NCBI GenBank assembly: GCA_963828525.1
Contig: CAWHEP010000009.1
Location: 128,001-192,000, forward strand
Reading direction: 5' to 3'
Length of the DNA: 64,000 nucleotides
Origin: an uncultured Verrucomicrobiae bacterium
GTDB taxonomy: Bacteria; Verrucomicrobiota; Verrucomicrobiia; Chthoniobacterales; Chthoniobacteraceae
Below the pieces are notes generated by a model. That model was not told where the DNA came from. It worked only from the letters and a program-made list of their open reading frames with translations, and did not search any database. Positions 31,112 through 41,329 of this stretch are shown piece by piece (within the stretch, counting starts at the first letter, position 1; each line of letters begins with the position of its first letter). The translations under genes and the position numbers were made by a program.

Positions 31112-32566
31112 CTAGCCATTCTCGCCGGCGCCGATATGCTGCTCCAGAGACTCGGCAATCCTATCCGCATGGGCATTTATCCGCCCGCTGTCCCGGCCTT
31201 CGATGAGAAGGCGTATCTTTGGCTCTGTGCCCGAGTAACGCAATATCACGCGGCCTTCACCGGAGATTTCCTTCTCCGCTTCCAGGATCAGCTTTGAGAC
31301 CTCCTCCAAGCTATCGAGCGGAGGCTGCGACTTTACTTTGAGATTTCGCTGCGCCTGGGGGTATTTGCTAAGACATTTTTTCAATTCACTCAGCGGTTTT
31401 CCGGATTCGACCATGATGCGCAGAATCTGGAGCGCGCTTACAATGCCATCGCCTGTGGTGGAGTAATCCCGGAAGATCATGTGACCGCTCTGTTCGCCGC
31501 CGAGATTCAGGTCGTTCTTCATCATCTCGGCGATGACGTAACGATCTCCAACATTGGCGCGAACGACCCTGCCGCCATGCGCTTTTAGCGCTTCATCCAG
31601 GCCGAAATTGCTCATGACGGTGGCGACCAGCGTGTTCTTGCGCAGCTCGCCGCGGCGGAGCATGTCGATGGCGGCGATGGCCATGATCTCGTCGCCGTCC
31701 ACTATTTCACCGGCCTCGTCGCAAAGGAGGACACGGTCGGCGTCGCCGTCGTGGGTAATGCCGGCCTGGGCTCCGGTCTCCTTCACCAGACGCTGAATCT
31801 CAGCGGGATGAGTGCTGCCGCAGTCGCGGTTGATGTTGCGTCCGTTCGGGTTTGCGTGCGCGACGATGGCCGTGGCTCCAAGCTCCCGGAGAACGCAAGG
31901 GGTGGATTTGTAACCCGCGCCGTTGGCGACATCCACCGCGACGCGCAAGCTCTCGAGAGTGAGGCCCCGAGGGAAACTCCGCTTCGCAAACTCCACGTAG
32001 CGGCCCAAAGCATCGTCAATGCGGGTTGCCCGCCCGATCTTGCCGGCTGTAGGCCGGATGGATTCGATCTCGCCGCTGAATACCAGATTTTCAATCCGGG
32101 ATTCGATCTCGTCATCCAGCTTGTAACCGTCGTGCTGGAAAAACTTGATCCCGTTATCCTCGTAAGAATTATGGGAGGCGGAGAGGACGATGCCGGCATC
32201 CGCCCGCAGCGAACGCGTGATGTACGCGACGCCGGGAGTGGGCAGCGGGCCGATGAGAAGGACATCCACGCCCAGTGACATGATGCCGGCAGCTAGCGCG
32301 TTCTCAAGCATGTAACCCGAAAGACGCGTATCCTTCCCGACGACGATCTTCGCGCGGTGGGCCGGACGGGAGTTCCCGTTTCCAAGCTGCGTAATGACGT
32401 GAGCGGCCGCGCGTCCCAGTTTCAGCGCGGTTTCCACGGTGACCGGCTCGATGTTGGCGACGCCTCGGACGCCGTCCGTGCCGAAAATCTTCCTGGGCTG
32501 GAAAGAGGAGGAGCCGTTTGTGTCCCTGGCGGGAGCTTTTCCGTTTTTAATGAGCGCTGTTTGCAT
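31112..32566 (-). CDS. glmM: phosphoglucosamine mutase
   Basis: FGTDGVRG, GKDTRLSGYMLE, SASHN, DGDADR, GGEQSGH, RYSGTEP. Confidence 0.95.
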   Translation of the reverse strand: MQTALIKNGKAPARDTNGSSSFQPRKIFGTDGVRGVANIEPVTVETALKLGRAAAHVITQLGNGNSRPAHRAKIVVGKDTRLSGYMLENALAAGIMSLGVDVLLIGPLPTPGVAYITRSLRADAGIVLSASHNSYEDNGIKFFQHDGYKLDDEIESRIENLVFSGEIESIRPTAGKIGRATRIDDALGRYVEFAKRSFPRGLTLESLRVAVDVANGAGYKSTPCVLRELGATAIVAHANPNGRNINRDCGSTHPAEIQRLVKETGAQAGITHDGDADRVLLCDEAGEIVDGDEIMAIAAIDMLRRGELRKNTLVATVMSNFGLDEALKAHGGRVVRANVGDRYVIAEMMKNDLNLGGEQSGHMIFRDYSTTGDGIVSALQILRIMVESGKPLSELKKCLSKYPQAQRNLKVKSQPPLDSLEEVSKLILEAEKEISGEGRVILRYSGTEPKIRLLIEGRDSGRINAHADRIAESLEQHIGAGENG

Positions 32567-32696
32567 GAGGGGTTTCGTAGCCGGAATCAGAAGGCGAGGG
32601 TGTCTCCTCCATCTTCTTGATGAGGAACCAAATGCTTATCGCGAGGACCAGCGACCCGATCTTCGCCGCCCGGTTCTGCAGAATCAGTTTTTTCAT
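32547..32696 (-). CDS. 49-aa single-TM protein resembling only the N-terminal anchor of CdaR/YbbR
   Basis: Manual translation MKKLILQNRAAKIGSLVLAISIWFLIKKMEETPSPSDSGYETPHANSAH*; GGAG 4 nt upstream; occupies the cdaR slot of cdaA-cdaR-glmM. Confidence 0.6.
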   Translation of the reverse strand: MKKLILQNRAAKIGSLVLAISIWFLIKKMEETPSPSDSGYETPHANSAH

Positions 32697-33456
32697 ACTT
32701 CTCCAACGAAAGCAGCCGCGCGAGACGGCGCCGGAAACTTTCCGGATCGAAGTTACGTTCTATCTTGCCCCGATGACAAATCGAAACAATGCCGGTTTCC
32801 TCAGAAACGACGATGGCCACGGAATCCGATTCCTCGGTAATGCCCAGCGCGGCGCGGTGGCGCAGCCCCAGGTTGCGGTCGAGATCTTCGCGCTGGCTCA
32901 CGGGAAAGATGCAAGCGCCAGCCACGATGCGGTCATTTCGGATAACGAGGCCGCCATCGTGAAGCGGGGTCTTTGGCTGGAAGAGGGTGATGATGAGTTC
33001 TGGCGAAAGCTCACAGTCGATGGAAATGCCGCTCTCGGCGAAGATGCTGATGTTCGTGTCGTTTTCGAGCGCGATCAACGCGCCGAACTCGCGATTTGAA
33101 AGCTCGAACACGGCCTCCGTGATAATCTCGACCGTCTCTTTGCTCTGGCTGGCCGTGGCGAAGATGTGCTGACTTCCCAACGCTGCCAGTGCCCGGCGCA
33201 ATTCAGGCTGGAAGATGACAACCAGAGCGACCGCGAAGAAAGCGGTGAGTCCACGGATGAGGAAGGTAATGACCTTCAACTCGAGCAACTGCGAAACGAG
33301 GGTGAGCGCAAAGAAGATCAGCACCAAGCCGGTAAGCACTTTCGCGCCACGGGTGCCCCGGAAATACAGGTAGCCGTAGTAGATCGGCACGTAGAGAATG
33401 GCGATCTCGATGACGGAACGCCAGTTCTCGCTGATGAGTTCGAAGAGGTAAGACAT
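32587..33456 (-). CDS. cdaA: diadenylate cyclase CdaA/DacA
   Basis: Three N-terminal TMs, VIFQPELRRAL, TPLHDGG, GLRHRAALG, VSEETG. Confidence 0.93.
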   Translation of the reverse strand: MSYLFELISENWRSVIEIAILYVPIYYGYLYFRGTRGAKVLTGLVLIFFALTLVSQLLELKVITFLIRGLTAFFAVALVVIFQPELRRALAALGSQHIFATASQSKETVEIITEAVFELSNREFGALIALENDTNISIFAESGISIDCELSPELIITLFQPKTPLHDGGLVIRNDRIVAGACIFPVSQREDLDRNLGLRHRAALGITEESDSVAIVVSEETGIVSICHRGKIERNFDPESFRRRLARLLSLEKYEKTDSAEPGGEDRVAGPRDKHLVPHQEDGGDTLAF

Positions 33457-34295
33457 CACGCAACCTCCAGAATCGCCTCCGTCATCCGCAGAGCCTGGGC
33501 ATTTGGCAGCACGTCATGCACTCGGAAGATGGAGGCTCCGCGCTCCCTGCAGTAGGAAGTAAGAGCAACGCCGGGCCATAATCGATCCTCCATGGCGGAG
33601 GCTCCTGTCACGGCGCTAAGAAAGGACTTGCGGGAAACCCCGATGGCGAGAGGACGTTCTTCGACTGACAGCCTGGGGAGATTCCGGAGGAGGAGCAGAT
33701 TGTGGGCGGCTGATTTTCCAAAACCAATGCCCGGATCAAAGGCAATGCACATCGGATCGACACCCGAGCGTAGGGCGGAAGCGAAGGAATGTCGAAAGAA
33801 AAGACCGACCTCCTCAACAACATCTTCGTAGCAAGGGGCAATCTGCATATCCGCCGGAGTGCCCTGCATGTGCATAATGATGACACCGGCTCCGGTGTCG
33901 CGCGCGACGTCAACCATCGCGGAGTCACCGCGAAGACCTGTGACGTCATTAATGATAGAGGCTCCGCAAGCGATCGCGTCCCGGGCAATCGGCGCCTTGG
34001 AAGTGTCTATGGACAGCAGGCAATCGGTCAAACCTGCTAATCGCTCCAGGACCGGCAGCACGCGCGCGCGCTCCACCTCCTCCGGAATGGGGCGCGCCCC
34101 GGGGCGGGTGGACTCACCGCCAATGTCGATGATATCCGCCCCTTGCTCGACCATCGCCAGGGCATGCTCGACGGCCGCGGCGGGATCGGCATACTTGCCA
34201 CCGTCTGAAAAGGAATCTAGCGTAACGTTCAAGATGCCCATGACCAGCCCGCGTTCGCCCAGGCAGAGATCGCCCTTCATTGTTCTCCAGATCAT
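33456..34295 (-). CDS. folP: dihydropteroate synthase
   Basis: MGILNVTLDSFSDGG, DIGGESTRPGA, SIDT, DPGIGFGK, GVSRKSF, RVHDV. Confidence 0.95.
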   Translation of the reverse strand: MIWRTMKGDLCLGERGLVMGILNVTLDSFSDGGKYADPAAAVEHALAMVEQGADIIDIGGESTRPGARPIPEEVERARVLPVLERLAGLTDCLLSIDTSKAPIARDAIACGASIINDVTGLRGDSAMVDVARDTGAGVIIMHMQGTPADMQIAPCYEDVVEEVGLFFRHSFASALRSGVDPMCIAFDPGIGFGKSAAHNLLLLRNLPRLSVEERPLAIGVSRKSFLSAVTGASAMEDRLWPGVALTSYCRERGASIFRVHDVLPNAQALRMTEAILEVA

Positions 34296-34383
34296 GGTTG
34301 ATGCATCGTTCGCGCACATCTTGACGTAGAGATACGGGACGTCATTCGACTTTTCTCAACGCCCAAACAATTCGCCACAACTT

Positions 34384-35556
34384 ATGCAAGCCACCGTACA
34401 CGAAGCCGCCACCCAAAGCACCTACGCCCCGTTCAGCCTCGTCCGTCTTTTAAGAACGGTGTTCGCGCCGAAAGGTGGCGAGAGCATTTGCATCCTGATT
34501 GACCTCGATGATCCACAGGAAGTACGAGGTTTTGAGTTTCTGCAGAACCCGGATCTTTCCATCCAGCGGCATGCTTACCACTCGTTCTACCAGGCGCTGC
34601 GACACGGGGCCATGGCTGAACTCGGCCTTAAGGGAGGAGAGCTTTTCGCGTATAAGGTGACGGGTGGCAGCAATCTGGATCTTCCAGACGAAGCGGTGGC
34701 TCCTGATGGCACAGCGTTGAGCCTGGAGAAAGATATCTACCCCGCCTACGGCATAATCCTGTGCATCTCGACCTATTCGGCGACTGCTCCTTTGACAGCT
34801 TTCGCGAAGCAGTATGGATTTCGGGGCGCGACGCTGCATGGCGTGAACCAGATCATTCTGGATTCGGGTCTTGCGGTTGACTATGATGAAGTAAGCCGCG
34901 CGGCCGAGAAGCTGCGGCTCGGGATGACAAGGGCGGACTTTGTGGAGATCGATTTCGAGACGCACGGCTCCACTTACACGCTGCGACTGGAGCTAGGCCA
35001 GCAGGAGGCGCAGAAAAGTCATGGGCTCTGCCGAGGAGGCCCTGACGTGGCAAACCTTCCCGCTGGGGAAATCTATTTCGTTCCAAGGAGCGCTGAGGGC
35101 CGATTCCCCATGAAATATGAAGATGGAACCTTAGGCTTGATGGAAGTCAGCAAGGGCCGCATCCAGAAAGTTTCGCTGATCGCGGGTAATGAGGCAACGA
35201 TCTCCACCCACAGGAACAAGCTGGCTTCCGATCCGGCTACGGGAGAACTCGGGGAGCTTGGTTTTGGAACACAGGAACTCCCTGTTTCGGGAAGAGACAT
35301 TCAGGATGAAAAGATCCTTGGCACGCTGCATGTCGCGACCGGGCGAAGCGATCACCTGGGCGGACATCTGACGCCGGACAAATTCACGAGCAAGGCAAAC
35401 GCCACCCATGATGATATCCTGTTCTCGCCGAGCAAGACGCCGGAAGTGAACGTCCGCCAAGCGCGGATGTCAAAGGGCGGAAAGGTGGAAATCCTCATCG
35501 AAAACTTTGCGCCGAAGTATATGCGGACGCTGCTCGACGCGCGGGAACCGGTTTAA
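34384..35556 (+). CDS. M29 (aminopeptidase T/S)-like metallopeptidase
   Basis: NLPAGE, GELGFG, QDEKILGTLHVATG, THDD match the M29 E/E/E/H/H/D ligand pattern. Confidence 0.7.
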   Translation: MQATVHEAATQSTYAPFSLVRLLRTVFAPKGGESICILIDLDDPQEVRGFEFLQNPDLSIQRHAYHSFYQALRHGAMAELGLKGGELFAYKVTGGSNLDLPDEAVAPDGTALSLEKDIYPAYGIILCISTYSATAPLTAFAKQYGFRGATLHGVNQIILDSGLAVDYDEVSRAAEKLRLGMTRADFVEIDFETHGSTYTLRLELGQQEAQKSHGLCRGGPDVANLPAGEIYFVPRSAEGRFPMKYEDGTLGLMEVSKGRIQKVSLIAGNEATISTHRNKLASDPATGELGELGFGTQELPVSGRDIQDEKILGTLHVATGRSDHLGGHLTPDKFTSKANATHDDILFSPSKTPEVNVRQARMSKGGKVEILIENFAPKYMRTLLDAREPV

Positions 35557-35601
35557 AGGAGCGAGGAGCAGGCACCCCCATGCGGGCGCGATTGCTCAAG
35601 G

Positions 35602-36367
35602 GTGTCTGTGACTGATTACGAATCGGAACGCCTAGTGGCGGAGTATCTGTCCCTGCACTACGGGACAGCGGAGGAGGTATTGCCGTTCGCTTTTGGACCG
35701 CGCGATTCGCTTGGATTCCCTGTACGATGCGTGAACGATTGTCTTGATTCAGCGAGCTTGCCTGCTGAGGCAAGAGCACTTGATGTCGGATGCGCCGTTG
35801 GACGCGCTTCCTTCGAGCTCGCCCGCTACTGCGCATCTGTTAACGCGATTGACCGTTCACGCCGCTTTATCGCGGCAGCGAACGCTCTAAGGGACACGGG
35901 AACCGTGTCGTACGATTGCGTTGATGAAGGGCTCCTGACAACCAGGCGCACCGCCAATGTTCCGACAGAAATTCGCCGAGAGCGCGTGGCTTTTGAAACG
36001 GGGGACGCTCTGGACTTGCGCCCTGACCTAGGGCGGTTCGATGTGGTGCTTGCCGCGAACCTTATATGCCGACTACCGGACCCGGCGCGTTTTCTTCGCA
36101 ACGTGGCGGATATCGTGACTGCGGGTGGACAGTTCATTTTGACCACCCCCTGCACGTGGCTGGATGAATTTACGTCGTACGAGAATTGGCTTGGAGGGTT
36201 CGTGACACCGGATGGCAGGAGGATCACCACCTTCGCGACAGTCAGCGAGATACTTGGGAATCATTTTGACCTGCTCGGAAGGAAAGATCTCCCTTTCCTC
36301 ATCCGGGAACACGCGCGCAAGTACCCAGTGGGGTGTTGCCGAGGCAACGGTCTGGCGAAGGCGCTAA
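35602..36367 (+). CDS. stand-alone SAM methyltransferase resembling the OvoA C-terminal mercaptohistidine N-methyltransferase domain (frameshift near 36325)
   Basis: YESERLVAEYLSLHYG, ALDVGCAVGRASFELAR, ANLICRL.DP, TWLDEFT..ENWLGG, PFLIREHARK then QWGVAEATVWRRR* in shifted frame. Confidence 0.75.
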
Positions 36368-37050
36368 ACAGGCACTGATTTCTGGTGCCTCACATCCTCC
36401 GCCACCGCCGCATAGATGGCGTCCTCCCCGATATTCTTGGCGTGATCTCCCACGCGCTCCAGATGGCGCGCTATAAAGATTACGTTTAGATAAGCTTTGA
36501 CGTTCCCGGGGTGCTTTACCATGAGTTCGGTAAGCTCCTGCCCGATCTGGCCATCAAGGTCGTCCAGCTTTTTGTCGCGCGCCTTCAATGACATGGCGAG
36601 ATCGATTTCGCCCTCGGTATAGGAGCGAACGCTATCCTTAAAGATACCGATAGCTTCCCAATACATCGTCTCAAGAAGATCGGTTTGCTCGAGCACGGCG
36701 ACCTGGTTCAGCTTGCGGGCGCGCCGGGCGATATTGACGGCCTGGTCCGCAACCCGCTCAAGATTGCCGCTGACCTTCATCGCTGAAATCACCTGCCGGA
36801 GATCGGAGGCCACGGGCTGAAAGCGCAGCATGATGGCAATGCCATCGCCGTCCACCTGTATTTCCAGTTGATCAATCTCCTCGTCATCCGCGATGACGGC
36901 TGTGCAGAGATCGTCATCGCGCTTGAACAAGCCGTTCATGGCACTGTTCAAGTTGCGCTCCGTCAGCGTCGCCATCATCAATACGTCATCTTTCAGCGCG
37001 TTAAGCGCTTTATCGAACGTCGCGTAAATGTGTCTGCCATTCTCGCTCAT
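36364..37050 (-). CDS. phoU: phosphate signalling complex protein PhoU
   Basis: DDEEIDQLE, QPVASDLR, LERVADQA, LERVGDHAKNIGE; last gene of pst operon. Confidence 0.93.
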   Translation of the reverse strand: MSENGRHIYATFDKALNALKDDVLMMATLTERNLNSAMNGLFKRDDDLCTAVIADDEEIDQLEIQVDGDGIAIMLRFQPVASDLRQVISAMKVSGNLERVADQAVNIARRARKLNQVAVLEQTDLLETMYWEAIGIFKDSVRSYTEGEIDLAMSLKARDKKLDDLDGQIGQELTELMVKHPGNVKAYLNVIFIARHLERVGDHAKNIGEDAIYAAVAEDVRHQKSVPV

Positions 37051-37054
37051 TTTT

Positions 37055-37921
37055 TCAACCAAATCGTCCCGTGATGTAGTCTTCGGTCTGTTTCTGTTCG
37101 GGTTTGAAGAAAATTTGTTTGGTTTCTCCGAACTCAATCAATCTGCCCATGTAAAAGAACATCGTTTTGTCGGAAACGCGACTCGCTTGCTGCATGTTGT
37201 GCGTAACGATGACAATGGTGTACTTCTCCTTCAGTTGCTGGGTGAGTTCCTCGACCTTCATCGTGGCAATGGGATCCAGCGCGGACGCGGGCTCATCCAT
37301 CAGCAAGACCTCCGGTTCGACCGCAATGGCGCGCGCGATACAAAGCCGCTGCTGCTGACCACCCGAAAGGCTCATCCCTGGGCGGTTGAGGTCGTTCTTC
37401 ACTTCATCCCACAGGGCGGCCATGCGGAGAGATTTCTCCATCTGCTCGTTTAGCAGGGCGCGGTTGCGCACACCATTGAGGCGCAAACCAACGATCACGT
37501 TCTCTCCGATGGACATTGTCGGGAATGGATTGGATTTCTGAAAGACCATCCCGACGCGGCGGCGCACTATGGAAGCATCGGTATCGCGCGCGTACAGATC
37601 GCCGCCAAAGAGACGGACAGTCCCTTCCATTCGAGCCTTCGGGGTCAACTCGTGCATGCGGTTAAGACAGCGGAGGAAGGTGGATTTGCCACAGCCGCTT
37701 GGACCGATGATCGCCGTGATCATCCTGGGCGGAATATTCACCGTGACATCGAACAAAGCCTGTTTGGTTCCATACCAAAGACTGACGTTTTTCGCTTCGA
37801 AGGCGGGCAGGGCGCCATCCGCCCCGGGGCTGGCAGCCACGGAGTCAGGCCGGGCTGAAGGCTGATCCCTCGCCGGTTTCGCTTCGTTAATCTCGGAGAC
37901 GCGTTCCACAGGGTGATCCAT
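37055..37921 (-). CDS. pstB: phosphate ABC transporter ATPase
   Basis: [43 protein letters not shown]. Confidence 0.96.
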   Translation of the reverse strand: MDHPVERVSEINEAKPARDQPSARPDSVAASPGADGALPAFEAKNVSLWYGTKQALFDVTVNIPPRMITAIIGPSGCGKSTFLRCLNRMHELTPKARMEGTVRLFGGDLYARDTDASIVRRRVGMVFQKSNPFPTMSIGENVIVGLRLNGVRNRALLNEQMEKSLRMAALWDEVKNDLNRPGMSLSGGQQQRLCIARAIAVEPEVLLMDEPASALDPIATMKVEELTQQLKEKYTIVIVTHNMQQASRVSDKTMFFYMGRLIEFGETKQIFFKPEQKQTEDYITGRFG

Positions 37922-38781
37922 TATACGCGCGCCACCCTTCCGCGCAGCAAAAAGCGCACGGAAGCATTGACGAGGAAAGTGAAGCAGACGAGCACAAGGG
38001 CGCCGGCCCATGCCTGGCGATGCCAGTCGGGGTATGGAGAAATGGCATAGGTGAAAATCTGGAGGGGGAGAGCGGCGATGGGATCCCCGAGATTGTGGTT
38101 CCAAAAACGATTACCGAAGGCTGTGAACAAGATCGGCGCTGTTTCTCCGGCCACGCGAGCGAGGGCCAGCAGGACGCCGGTTGTTATTCCCGTAAGCGCG
38201 GTGCTCATCACGATATGCACGGTCACCTTCCACTGTGGGATGCCCAAGGCGAGACCTGCCTCGCGGTAGCCACGGGGCACCAGATGAAGCACTTCTTCCG
38301 TTGTGCGCATGATAATCGGGATCATGAGAAAACCCAAGGCGACTCCCCCCGCATAAGCGGAGAAGGTTTTAGTCCTCTGGACGATGAGGCCATAGACGAC
38401 GACGCCCCAAATGATCGATGGGACGCCGTTAAGCACATCCCCGAAGAACCGGAGCAGCCAGTTCAGGCGGTCTGTGCCGTATTCCGAAAGGTAAACACCG
38501 CCCAACACTCCAACAGGCACTCCGATGGCCGACGCGAGCGCCAGCAAGATAAGGGAGCCCACGATGGCGTTGGCCATGCCGCCCCCTACCTCCCCTACCG
38601 GCACGGGGAGCTTCGTAAGGAAATTCCAGTTCAAAGCACCGGCGCCCTCCCGAACGAGGTGGAAGAACACCAGCGCCAGAGGGGCTATGACCAGGGCGGC
38701 GCATATCAAAGTAACGAACGACACGCCCGCGCTGTAAAGCTTGCGCAACGTGTGATTATTGGCCGGTTCGTAGCTCGTCAT
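37921..38781 (-). CDS. pstA: phosphate ABC transporter permease
   Basis: [30 protein letters not shown]. Confidence 0.93.
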   Translation of the reverse strand: MTSYEPANNHTLRKLYSAGVSFVTLICAALVIAPLALVFFHLVREGAGALNWNFLTKLPVPVGEVGGGMANAIVGSLILLALASAIGVPVGVLGGVYLSEYGTDRLNWLLRFFGDVLNGVPSIIWGVVVYGLIVQRTKTFSAYAGGVALGFLMIPIIMRTTEEVLHLVPRGYREAGLALGIPQWKVTVHIVMSTALTGITTGVLLALARVAGETAPILFTAFGNRFWNHNLGDPIAALPLQIFTYAISPYPDWHRQAWAGALVLVCFTFLVNASVRFLLRGRVARV

Positions 38782-38782
38782 C

Positions 38783-39775
38783 CTATTGAACTCCCCTGCC
38801 CCCGGCACTCGCTCCGCCGAAGGTTCTAAGCAACAGTTGCGCAAGGAGGTTCACAACAATGGTGACTCCGAAAAGAACGAGTCCTATCTCGAAAAGCGCT
38901 TCAAGGTAGGTATCGGAAGTCGCCTCGGCAAATTCATTGGCAATGACGCTGGCAAGTGTGTAGCCCGGCTTGAGAAGCGAAGCGGAGATCTCAGGACGAT
39001 TTCCGATAACCATCGTCACCGCCATGGTCTCGCCAAGAGCCCTGCCGAGCCCGAGGATAACCGCGCCGAAAAGACCCCGCTGGGCATAGCTAAGAACGGC
39101 GATGCGGGTCACCTCCCATCGAGTCGCGCCCAAAGCGTACGCCGCTTCCCGCTGGAGATTGGGCACGGCCATCAGTATTTCCCTTGAAACGGCAGTGATG
39201 ATCGGGAGAATCATAACGGCGATGATTGCGCCGCCCGCAAACATGCTCACGCCGTAGCTGGGCCCTTTGAAGAGGGGCATCCAGCCGAGGTGATGGGGAT
39301 CCTTGATCCAGGCGAACGGGTATTTCTGCAGCCATGGAACCATGACAAAGATGCCCCACAAGCCGAGGATCACGCTCGGTATCGCCGCGAGCATCTCGAT
39401 GAGCGACATAACGGGCTGCCGCAGCCATTGTGGAGCGAGCTCAGTGAGATAGATCGCGGTCGCGATGCTCAGTGGCACCGCGATGACCAGCGCCAGCACG
39501 GAAGAGACAAGGGTGCCATAGATAAAGGGTAACGCGCCGTAGACTTCGTTTACGGGATCCCATTCAGAACTGGTGAGGAACCCAAAGCCGAACTTGCGAA
39601 TAGCGCCCGAAGATTTGCTGGCGAGCTCGTAGCCAACAACGACGATAAGAACGAGGACGGACATTGCCATCGCCAGCGTGATCCACTCGAAAGCCGTGTC
39701 CCCCACCCCTGAGTGAGGCGACATGTACTCCGTCACACTCTTCCGCTGCTTCGTTGCAACAACCTGATGTGCCAT
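38783..39775 (-). CDS. pstC: phosphate ABC transporter permease
   Basis: YGALPFIYGT, LAAIPSV, RALGETMAV, IANEFAEA. Confidence 0.94.
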   Translation of the reverse strand: MAHQVVATKQRKSVTEYMSPHSGVGDTAFEWITLAMAMSVLVLIVVVGYELASKSSGAIRKFGFGFLTSSEWDPVNEVYGALPFIYGTLVSSVLALVIAVPLSIATAIYLTELAPQWLRQPVMSLIEMLAAIPSVILGLWGIFVMVPWLQKYPFAWIKDPHHLGWMPLFKGPSYGVSMFAGGAIIAVMILPIITAVSREILMAVPNLQREAAYALGATRWEVTRIAVLSYAQRGLFGAVILGLGRALGETMAVTMVIGNRPEISASLLKPGYTLASVIANEFAEATSDTYLEALFEIGLVLFGVTIVVNLLAQLLLRTFGGASAGGRGVQ

Positions 39776-39857
39776 TTGTGGAAGTCTCTCCTTCGATCCA
39801 GGGCAGCCTTGACAGTGTTACGGGGCGGCTAGCGCCAGAAGCTTGCCCGCAACGATC

Positions 39858-40880
39858 TCAAAACTGAATCTCCGCCACACGCTTCAAAACACGTTCACGC
39901 AACGCGTCCGGCAGGGGCGCGTAATCAAGTTTTTCGGCCATGGCTTCCCCGTCCTTCATTGACCACTTCAGAAACTCCACCATTTTCTTCCCCTTCTCGG
40001 CATTCGACTGCTTTTGATAGACCAGCAGCCATGTGCAACCGCTTATCGGATAGGTTTCTTTACCTGCCGCATTGGTCATGGAAAAGCGAAAATCCTCCGG
40101 GATTTGCGCGCCCAAAAAAGCCGCCGTCACGGCTGCGGGCGAGGCTTTTACAAACGCGCCATCGGCGTTCTTCAAGTCGGCGAAAGGCATCTTGTTCTGC
40201 AGAGCGTAGATCAACTCGACATACCCGATCGCGCCGGGAAGCTGTTGAACTTGTCCGGAGACGCCTTCATTGCCTTTGGCTCCCAACCCGGAAGGCCATT
40301 TCACCGCGGTGTTCTTGCCAACCTGCTTCGCCCAATCCGCGCTGACCTTGCTCAAGTAATCGGTAAAGATGTAGCTGGTGCCACTCCCATCCGACCGATG
40401 CACAACGGCAAGGTCCAAATCCGGAAGCTTCACGCCCGGATTGAGTTTGGCAATCGCGTCATCATTCCATTTTGTGATCTTACCCAAAAATATATTCGCG
40501 AGGGTCTCGCCATCCATTTTAAGGGCGGGCGCGCCTGGGAGGTTGTAGACGATTACCACCGCGCCCGCGACGGTGGGGATATGCAAGATTTTGCCGGACG
40601 CCTTGGCGAGATTCTCATCAGTCATGGGGCCATCGGAAGCGCCAAAATCGACTGTCTGCGCAAGGATCTGCTTTTGTCCTCCGCCTGAACCGATGGACTG
40701 GTAGTTAAAGCGCACGGACGAGTCCACCCTGGAGTACTCATCAAACCATTTGGAATAGATCGGATACGGGAAGGTCGCGCCCGCGCCGTTGATCGTGAGT
40801 TGAGCGGAAGCGTGGCCCGCTGCCAGCAGCGCGAGCACAGCCGCTGCCACGAGATTGCGGGAGAAGAGGGTGGGTTTCAT
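39858..40880 (-). CDS. pstS: phosphate ABC transporter substrate-binding protein
   Basis: Signal peptide; GAGATFPYP, YQSIGSGGG, RSDGSGTS, GKGNEG-like motif. Confidence 0.95.
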   Translation of the reverse strand: MKPTLFSRNLVAAAVLALLAAGHASAQLTINGAGATFPYPIYSKWFDEYSRVDSSVRFNYQSIGSGGGQKQILAQTVDFGASDGPMTDENLAKASGKILHIPTVAGAVVIVYNLPGAPALKMDGETLANIFLGKITKWNDDAIAKLNPGVKLPDLDLAVVHRSDGSGTSYIFTDYLSKVSADWAKQVGKNTAVKWPSGLGAKGNEGVSGQVQQLPGAIGYVELIYALQNKMPFADLKNADGAFVKASPAAVTAAFLGAQIPEDFRFSMTNAAGKETYPISGCTWLLVYQKQSNAEKGKKMVEFLKWSMKDGEAMAEKLDYAPLPDALRERVLKRVAEIQF

Positions 40881-40925
40881 AGCCATAAGTGTTGGGGCGC
40901 AGGTTTGAGCGGTCAAAAGGTCAAT

Positions 40926-40943
40926 TGTAACAATCGCGTAACG
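40926..40943 (-). promoter_or_regulatory. putative Pho-box-like tandem repeat
   Basis: Minus strand CGTTAC-GCGAT-TGTTACA, GTTAC repeated at 11-bp period about 50 nt upstream of pstS. Confidence 0.45.
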
Positions 40944-40961
40944 CCGTTTAGCTTGAGGCCT

Positions 40962-41288
40962 TCACCAGTTCTCGGCCAGCCTCTGGAGTTCCTCGACCAG
41001 AGAGTCGATTTTTTTCAAGTCACGACGACGGCCTTTATCGGGCTTGATATTCAGGGTGCGGATGAGGGTTATCATGTCCCGAGCATCCCGATTGCGGGAA
41101 ACCGCCACCTTTTTCCTATTGGCTTCCGCTATGACGACCTCGCGAACCGCCGCGAGGTCACTTTCCACGCGAGTGGCATATTGATCGACGACCTCGCGGA
41201 AAAGTTTTCTGAGGAAAGCGAGTTCCTCCGCAGCCGACTTCAGCGGCGAAGCATCCATCTCGTCAGTATCCGCTTTCATACTGTTCAC
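40962..41288 (-). CDS. hypothetical helical protein
   Basis: 108-aa amphipathic ORF in line with neighbouring genes. Confidence 0.65.
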   Translation of the reverse strand: MNSMKADTDEMDASPLKSAAEELAFLRKLFREVVDQYATRVESDLAAVREVVIAEANRKKVAVSRNRDARDMITLIRTLNIKPDKGRRRDLKKIDSLVEELQRLAENW

Positions 41289-41329
41289 TATTTGCGTTTC
41301 GATCCGTCCTCACAACCAAATTAGGCTTG

